Assembly: GCA_963838925.1 (NCBI GenBank)
Contig: CAWISW010000003.1
Coordinates: 448,001 to 512,000, forward strand
Source of the DNA: an uncultured Nitrososphaerota archaeon
GTDB taxonomy: Archaea; Thermoproteota; Nitrososphaeria; Nitrososphaerales; Gagatemarchaeaceae
Reading direction: 5' to 3'
DNA length: 64,000 nt
Made by a program: the position numbers and the translations under genes. Below, piece by piece: positions 57,929 through 64,000 of this stretch; positions within the stretch are counted from its first letter, which is position 1; each line of letters begins with the position of its first letter. Below the pieces are notes generated by a model that ran no database searches, was not told the origin of the DNA, and saw only the letters and a program-made list of their open reading frames with translations.

Positions 57929-59503
57929 GTGCCAAAGGCTCCAAAGATCACTTACACGACGCTCTTCGGTGACGAGAGCATACATCCGAAGTACGAGGCA
58001 GCCCTGAAGAGGTTCGCATCGACGCAGCTCGGCAAGCACCACAAGATGCACATCGGCTTCGGAGAGGTGAGCTCCGAGGCGGGCGAGTTCGAGCACAGAA
58101 GCCCGATAGACACCACGGTCGTCGTCAGCTACTTCCCCATCGGGCAGCAGGAGCACGCGAAGCGGGCCATCGAGGAGGCGAAGCGGGCCTTCCCAGGCTG
58201 GAGCGAGACGCCGTGGCGCGAGAGGGTCAGAATCCTGAGGAGGGCCGCCGAGTTGATCGACGAGCGGAAGTTCGACATCGCCGCAACAATCACCTACGAG
58301 GTGGGGAAGAACCGGCTCGAGTCCCTCGCCGAGGCCTGGGAAGCGATGGACGCCATCAAGCTCTACGCCAAAGTGATGGAGGAGAACAAGGGATACACCA
58401 GGGAGACCGAGGGGGTCGCAGGCGAGCATGGGAAGATCATCGCCAAGCCACTCGGGGTCTGGCCGGTCATATCCCCCTTCAACTTCCCCTTCATGCTCGC
58501 GAACGGAATGGCCACGGGCGCCCTCCTGACCGGGAACACCGTCATACTGAAGCCCACGAGCGAGGCACCGCTCACGGGCCTGATGCTCTACCAGGTCTAC
58601 CGGGACGCCGGCGTCCCCGCCGGCGCTGTGAACTTCGTCACCGGCCCCGGCCCCAACTTCTCTAGCGAGTTCACCGAGAACCGCGACGTCGCGGGAATCA
58701 CCTTCACGGGCTCGAGGGCGGTGGGGATGAGCCTCTACCACGAGTTCCTCACCCACCAGCCGTACGCGAAGCCCGTCCTGATGGAGCTGGGCAGCAAGAA
58801 CCCCGCCATCATCACGGCGAAAGCGGACCTGAAGAAGGCCGTCGAAGGCGTCGTCAGAGCGGCCTACGGATACAGCGGGCAGAAGTGCAGCGCCAACTCA
58901 AGAGTATACGTCCAGAAGGAGGTCAAGAACGAGTTTCTCGACATGCTGAAGCAGAGGCTCGCCTCGCTCTCGGTCCAGGACCCGAGGGAGAAGAGCGCGT
59001 TCATGGGCCCGGTAATCAACCCAGCGGCGATGGAGACCTTCGCCAAGGCGGTAAGAGAGGCGAAGCAGGACGGAGGGAGGGTGGTCTTCGGCGGGGAGGC
59101 AATCACCAAGGGCGCCTTCGGGAGGGGCTACTACGTCCAGCCGACCGTCGTGACCGGCCTTCCCGTGGACAACGACCTCTTCAAGAGGGAGCTCTTCGTC
59201 CCGCTCCTGGTAGTCGCCGAGTTCAAGACCCTCGACGACGCCCTCGACGAGGCCAACGACACCGACTACGGCCTGACGGCGGGGATCTTCAGCGAGGACA
59301 AGAAGGAGGTCGCGAAGTTCATGGACAAGATCCAGTTCGGCGTCGTCTACGCCAACAGGAGCGGCGGCGCCACCACGGGCGCGTGGCCAGGGCCCCAATC
59401 CTTCGTAGGGTGGAAGGCCAGCGGCTCCACAGGGAAGGGGATCGGCGGCCCCAGCTACCTGCTCACTTTCCTGAGAGAGCAGTCTCAGACCGTCGTCTCC
59501 TAG
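57929..59503 (+). CDS. Aldehyde dehydrogenase, P5C dehydrogenase-like
   Basis: ISPFNFP, FTGS, ELGSKN, GQKCSA, ELF.P, TTGA..F.GWKASG. Confidence 0.88.
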   Translation: MPKAPKITYTTLFGDESIHPKYEAALKRFASTQLGKHHKMHIGFGEVSSEAGEFEHRSPIDTTVVVSYFPIGQQEHAKRAIEEAKRAFPGWSETPWRERVRILRRAAELIDERKFDIAATITYEVGKNRLESLAEAWEAMDAIKLYAKVMEENKGYTRETEGVAGEHGKIIAKPLGVWPVISPFNFPFMLANGMATGALLTGNTVILKPTSEAPLTGLMLYQVYRDAGVPAGAVNFVTGPGPNFSSEFTENRDVAGITFTGSRAVGMSLYHEFLTHQPYAKPVLMELGSKNPAIITAKADLKKAVEGVVRAAYGYSGQKCSANSRVYVQKEVKNEFLDMLKQRLASLSVQDPREKSAFMGPVINPAAMETFAKAVREAKQDGGRVVFGGEAITKGAFGRGYYVQPTVVTGLPVDNDLFKRELFVPLLVVAEFKTLDDALDEANDTDYGLTAGIFSEDKKEVAKFMDKIQFGVVYANRSGGATTGAWPGPQSFVGWKASGSTGKGIGGPSYLLTFLREQSQTVVS

Positions 59504-59513
59504 ACGCCTGGGC

Positions 59514-60185
59514 TCAGGACGAGGCGTCCTGGCGCCTCGAGTAGGCGCCATAGACTAGGGCGGCGATCAGCAGCCCCACGAGCAGCGGCGAGAGGGTCGC
59601 CACCAGGCTCCCCACACCTTCTCCGGGAAGCACCGTGAGGAGCGAGCTTGGCTTCGCCTGCGCCTCGGCTGAGGTGGTGGTTGACTCGAGGTTTCCGAGA
59701 ACCGTCGTCGACGAAACCGTGGTCGAGCCCACGACCGTTGTCGTACTCATCGTCACGGTCTCTGTCGAGGCCGTGATCGCAGCCTGCGCCGGAGAGGCTT
59801 GGGGAGACGTCGCGGTTGACGCCGCGCTCCCTCCAGCGAACGTCGCGGAGGTGGCGACCGTAGTGGTGGAAGCGGTAGTTGTCGCAGTGGTCGTGGCTTC
59901 TGACGAGGCGGGGCCTGAGTTCGTCGAGGCGACGCTAGTACCCGAAGACGTAAGGGGCGCGGTCGGGAGAATGACCGGCGGTGCGGTGGAAGTCGTGGCG
60001 ATGCCCAAAGAAGTCGATGTTGACATCGCTGCCTGGGTAGCCGAGGTCCCGGAATTCACCAATCCCGTTTGGAGGGATGGATTCGACTGGGGGAAGATTG
60101 AACCCGCCCCTACCAGCAGGAGAGCCAGGGCCAGACCAGCTATCGCGCCCACGAAGAAGCCCCTCCCCGTCATCCCGCCGCTCAT
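59514..60185 (-). CDS. Thr/Ser-rich membrane protein with N- and C-terminal TM helices
   Basis: Hydrophobic termini with a low-complexity T/S/A centre. Confidence 0.7.
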   Translation of the reverse strand: MSGGMTGRGFFVGAIAGLALALLLVGAGSIFPQSNPSLQTGLVNSGTSATQAAMSTSTSLGIATTSTAPPVILPTAPLTSSGTSVASTNSGPASSEATTTATTTASTTTVATSATFAGGSAASTATSPQASPAQAAITASTETVTMSTTTVVGSTTVSSTTVLGNLESTTTSAEAQAKPSSLLTVLPGEGVGSLVATLSPLLVGLLIAALVYGAYSRRQDASS

Positions 60186-60226
60186 CTCTATACTCTGAGC
60201 TCCCCGGGGCTACTTAGTTCTAACAT

Positions 60227-60679
60227 CTAGAACGGCTTCCTCCTCCACAACCTGGCCGCCTCGAACCAGAAGGCTGCCGCCGCGCCCACAACCCCGACGA
60301 GGGCGTAGAGGTCCAGGAAGCTATAGTCCTCTATCACGTAGGCCGCGGCCACGCTTGTGAAGAAGACTGCGTAGAACCCGAGCCTGGGGAGGCTGAACTT
60401 TCCCACGTTGACGAAGGCCTGGAGGATCCCCGGGTCGACCTTCTTGCTCAGGAGGTAGTTTCCCATCGCGTCCTGCTCTATTATTCCCAGCCGCGTGAGC
60501 TTCTCGATGTGGTGGAAAGCCACGCTCGGGCTCGAGAACCCGAGCTCCCGCTGGACCTCCCTCACCCCGACCGGCTTCCCCTGCCTGAGGACGTAGAGGT
60601 AGACCTTGAGCGTCTTGCCGCGGAGCTCGTACTCGATCCTCGCCTTGTCCTCCGCCTCCGACGGCGCCGGGGCTCCCAT
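60227..60679 (-). CDS. wHTH regulator with two C-terminal TM helices
   Basis: LRGKTLKVYLY..GVREVQRELGFSSPSVAFHHIEKL..LG. Confidence 0.82.
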   Translation of the reverse strand: MGAPAPSEAEDKARIEYELRGKTLKVYLYVLRQGKPVGVREVQRELGFSSPSVAFHHIEKLTRLGIIEQDAMGNYLLSKKVDPGILQAFVNVGKFSLPRLGFYAVFFTSVAAAYVIEDYSFLDLYALVGVVGAAAAFWFEAARLWRRKPF

Positions 60680-60752
60680 CGCCTTGGTGCTGCGCGCCCC
60701 TTGCTGATAAAACATACACCTCTTATGACCGGCGGAAGGAGACTTCCGCCGG

Positions 60753-61598
60753 ATGACACTCGTCGGGAAGAGGGTGTGCGTGGCAATCCCCGACACCGTC
60801 CTGGAGGAGCAGGAGTCAGTACGGGAGAAGACCACGAAGCTCGGCCAGATCGCGCGCTATTGCTCCATCTTCGGGGTCGACAAGATACACGTCTTCCACG
60901 ACCCGCGCGGAAGAGGGGAGTCGAACCTGATCAAGAAGATTCTGGAGTACCTCGAGACGCCCCAGTACCTCCGGAGGCGCCTCTTCCCCCTGAGCGAGGA
61001 CCTGAGGTACGCGGGCCTTCTCCCGCCCCTGCGCATCCCCTCCCACAAGCCCAAGGTCCCGATGGGCAGGCTCCAGCCGGGGGAGTTCAGGGAGGGCGTC
61101 GTCCTGGCCGACGGGTTCTCGGTCGATGCCGGCCTCGACCTGCCGATAAAGCTCAGGAAGAAAGAGACGCCTCAGAGGCGCGTCACGCTGAGGGTCACCT
61201 CCGCCTCGTCCTCCGGGGCCGAGGGCCAGCTAGTCGACCGCCGGGACGTCCCCACCTACTGGGGCTACTCCGTGGAGGTCTCGGGGACGGGCGCCCTGCT
61301 CGCGGACCCGGCCTTCCCTCTCAAGGTCGCCACCTCGCGCCTCGGGGACCCGGTGGCGAGGGTCGCGCGCGGCCTGAGGATAGACCTCCAGGGCTCTGGC
61401 GGGGTGATGCTCATCTTCGGCTCCCCTTCGAGGGGCCTCTTCGAGACGGTCGGGAAGGACCTCCGGAGCCGGGTGAGCTACGTGCTGAACCTCTTCCCCG
61501 ACCAGAACGTGGTCACGATGAGGTCGGAGGAGGCAATCCTCTCGGCCCTCTATCTCGTGGGGCTCCTTGCCAGCCGCGATTTGCCTCCCTTCATCTGA
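60753..61598 (+). CDS. SPOUT RNA methyltransferase (DUF171/MTH1-like)
   Basis: VAIPD, KLGQIAR..IFGVD, YLETPQYLR, GLLPPL..P.H, YWGY, FG.P..G, P.Q...TMRSEEA. Confidence 0.9.
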   Translation: MTLVGKRVCVAIPDTVLEEQESVREKTTKLGQIARYCSIFGVDKIHVFHDPRGRGESNLIKKILEYLETPQYLRRRLFPLSEDLRYAGLLPPLRIPSHKPKVPMGRLQPGEFREGVVLADGFSVDAGLDLPIKLRKKETPQRRVTLRVTSASSSGAEGQLVDRRDVPTYWGYSVEVSGTGALLADPAFPLKVATSRLGDPVARVARGLRIDLQGSGGVMLIFGSPSRGLFETVGKDLRSRVSYVLNLFPDQNVVTMRSEEAILSALYLVGLLASRDLPPFI

Positions 61599-61765
61599 CC
61601 GACGACTGAGTTCGAATATCTTCGAGATTGACGAAAAACGGCGTTTTTGCCCCGCTTTAGGCAACGTTTTTATCGGGTTTGCACCATTCGTTTCATCTTA
61701 TAGGTATCAGGTGGTTAGAGATCTCCAGCCTGGCGCAACGAAAGACACTCGAACTCAAAACGTAC

Positions 61766-64000
61766 ATGCCCCTCCCCACTTCGAGGGCGAGGGAGTTCTG
61801 GACCAGGTGGAAGATACTCCACATAAGGCAGCTTTCTGAGACCGGGCACGCGACCAACGAGCTGTGGCTCCCCGAGGCGGAGAGGACCGGGAGGGCGCTA
61901 GACCAGCTCTACCTCAAGCACGGCGACGCGCCGAAGCAGGACGTCCCAGTCGACACCTCCGTCAGGTTCGCGGCCGGCTCGCCAATCAGGCTTTCTTCGC
62001 CGATGTACCTCGGAGACATGTCCTTCGGGGCGCTCTCTGGCGTCCCCAACGCGGCGATCGCAAAGGCGGCCGACCTCACCGGAATCATGGCGGGCACCGG
62101 AGAGGGCGGGCTCCTGAAGGAGGTTGCAGAGTGCAGCCGCATCACAGTCCAGTGGGCGTCCGCGAGGTTCGGGGTTGACGCTAACTCCCTTTCAAAGGGC
62201 CAGGCGGTGGTCATCAAGATTGGCCAGGGGGCGAAGCCCGGCATCGGAGGCCACCTCCCCGGGGTCAAGGTCACGACGCCCATCTCCGAGACAAGGAGGA
62301 TACCGGTGGGCACGGACGCCATCTCGCCCGCCCCTCACCACGACATCTACTCCATCGAGGACCTCGGCCAGCGCATCCTCGGGCTGAAGGAGGCCACGAA
62401 GAAACCGGTCTTCGTGAAGGTCGGCGCCACGAACTACATCCCGTACATCGCGTCGGGCGTGGCAAGGATGGGCGCCGCAGGGATCATCATCGACGGAGCC
62501 GGCGCGGGGACGGGAGCAGCCCCCTCGGTCGTAAAGAACAACGTCGGCGTCCCCATCGAGCTGGCGGTCGCCTCAGTCGACTCGATTCTGAGGCGCGAGG
62601 GGCTGCGCGACAACTTCACGGTAATCGCGGCAGGACGGGTGAGCACCCCCGAGGACTCTCTGAAGCTCATCGCCCTCGGGGCAGACGTCACCAGCGTGGG
62701 CACGGGCGCCCTGCTCGCCATCGGTTGCCTGATGGTGCACAAGTGCCACCTCGGCTTCTGCCCGGCGATCCTAACCAACAAGATCTCGGACAGCCCGGCA
62801 CGGACGCTCTCGTTCGACCAGTCCGTCACCTGGCTCGCCAACATGGTGAGAGGCTGGACCGAGGAGATGAAGCTGATCATGGAGCTCGTTGGCGTGTCCA
62901 AGGTGGAGGAGCTGCGGTCACGGCGCGACCTCCTCTTCCACAACGGCTCGCTCAACTCGGAGACGCTGCACATCCTCGGCATCGAGGAGAAGCAGCTCGG
63001 CGGCTCAGCTCCCTCGGCAGCCCCTGTCGTGCCCTCGAGGGCCCCTCCAAAGGGCTTGAACCTCTGGGACCCGGCCAGGTCCACCGCCCTGTGGGAGCTA
63101 GCGGGGACGACGGGCAAGTCCCCCGGCGAGGCACAGATCTCGAGCATGGGCTCCATCGGCCCGCCCTTCGTCGAGGCGCCTTCCAGGCTCACGGACTGGG
63201 TCGTGACCGACGGAGCACAGGTGACGCGCCCCAGCATCGACCCCTACAGGGAGGAGATCGAGATAGTCACGCACCTCGCGCAGGGCCGGGTAAGGCTCGC
63301 AGCCCCCTTCTTCTTCACGCACCTCCCAGAGACGGTGCCGGACAGCGTCCGGACCATCTTCGCGAGGACGGCCTCCTCGATGGGCCTTCTGTACGACGAC
63401 TCCACGGGCAAGCTCGGCGGAGGAAAGTACCCGGCGAGGGTGATCACGTCCTCTCAGGCGTCCAGCCCGGGATCGATGATCACGGCGGTGGACCTCAAGC
63501 GCCAGGCATCGGGCGCGTCCGTCCCGAGGGAGGGCAATGGCAAGCAGGGTGCGCACTACCTCAGGATCCCGTCCTCGACCAAGGCGCTCGAGTGGGTGCA
63601 CTCTAACATCCAGGGCCTCGACGCGTTCCAGGGCTTCCTGGTCGACGAGGACGACGAGGAGAGCGACCTTCAGCTTGAGCTCTCAGTCTCGAAGCTCGAC
63701 CGCGAGCTCATAGAGAGGGACGTGAGGTGGAGGTTCGACATCCTAGCCGAGAGCAACATGGTGAGGGGGTCGGAGGACATCGTGAAGCTGGTGGCGATGG
63801 GAGCCGACTGCGTCGGGTTCGGAAAGGCGGCGCTGGTCGCGGTGGGGTTCGAGGACGACCAGGAGGTCGTCATAGAGATGCAGAAGCTAGGCGAGCACCT
63901 TGAGAACCTCGTGGTCGCCTTCGTCAAGGACATCAAGCTGCTGGCGGGCGCCGCGGGCATGAGCAGCGTGGCGTCCTCGCTCGTGGGCAACAGGGAGATC
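61766..64000 (+). CDS. Glutamate synthase FMN-binding subunit with second degenerate domain; runs off right edge
   Basis: Not in ORF track. MSFGALS, TGEGG, QWASARFG, KIGQGAKPG.GGHLPG.KV, SPAPHHDIYSIEDL, GC...KCH...CP; later AQVTRPSIDPYRE. Confidence 0.9.
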   Translation, partial: MPLPTSRAREFWTRWKILHIRQLSETGHATNELWLPEAERTGRALDQLYLKHGDAPKQDVPVDTSVRFAAGSPIRLSSPMYLGDMSFGALSGVPNAAIAKAADLTGIMAGTGEGGLLKEVAECSRITVQWASARFGVDANSLSKGQAVVIKIGQGAKPGIGGHLPGVKVTTPISETRRIPVGTDAISPAPHHDIYSIEDLGQRILGLKEATKKPVFVKVGATNYIPYIASGVARMGAAGIIIDGAGAGTGAAPSVVKNNVGVPIELAVASVDSILRREGLRDNFTVIAAGRVSTPEDSLKLIALGADVTSVGTGALLAIGCLMVHKCHLGFCPAILTNKISDSPARTLSFDQSVTWLANMVRGWTEEMKLIMELVGVSKVEELRSRRDLLFHNGSLNSETLHILGIEEKQLGGSAPSAAPVVPSRAPPKGLNLWDPARSTALWELAGTTGKSPGEAQISSMGSIGPPFVEAPSRLTDWVVTDGAQVTRPSIDPYREEIEIVTHLAQGRVRLAAPFFFTHLPETVPDSVRTIFARTASSMGLLYDDSTGKLGGGKYPARVITSSQASSPGSMITAVDLKRQASGASVPREGNGKQGAHYLRIPSSTKALEWVHSNIQGLDAFQGFLVDEDDEESDLQLELSVSKLDRELIERDVRWRFDILAESNMVRGSEDIVKLVAMGADCVGFGKAALVAVGFEDDQEVVIEMQKLGEHLENLVVAFVKDIKLLAGAAGMSSVASSLVGNREI

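Noticed and set aside
43110-63990. Numerous long antisense or alternative-frame ORFs (e.g. 50031-51809, 50168-52147, 60509-61609)
   Set aside because: Shadows of high-GC3 genes, Arg/Gly/Pro-rich and without motifs.

Overview
High-GC archaeal chromosome segment. TFB, BHB-intron tRNAs and a thaumarchaeal-type tetraether-synthase C-terminus suggest Nitrososphaerota/TACK (inference). The backbone carries a his operon, tRNA-Ser(GCT) and tRNA-Val(TAC) with non-canonical introns, a PurD-like gene, TFB, a short SMC5/6-like ATPase with kleisin and KITE, Lhr, ilvD/ilvC, a 2-oxoacid dehydrogenase/lipoate cluster divergent from an ilvBN-leuACDB-ilvE-lpdA-lipB operon, and a partial glutamate synthase. The main result is two integrase-free, lower-GC islands built on one plan (about 22.4-27.4 kb in the kleisin gene and 34.6-41.9 kb in ilvC). 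Each has a synonymously recoded replacement segment that keeps the host gene intact and an adjacent nuclease gene; the two nucleases share an N-terminal domain but have LAGLIDADG versus PD-(D/E)XK catalytic domains. Each also has a cargo cassette (wHTH regulator plus secreted proteins) bounded by remnants of the tes 3' end, and the displaced native gene stub at the far end. This resembles a natural home-and-rescue homing cassette (hypothesis). A second result is matching 26-27 codon leader ORFs, with the cognate amino acids near the stop, ahead of both the his and ilv/leu operons, suggesting archaeal leader-peptide attenuation. All alignments and counts were done by eye; no database searches were run.
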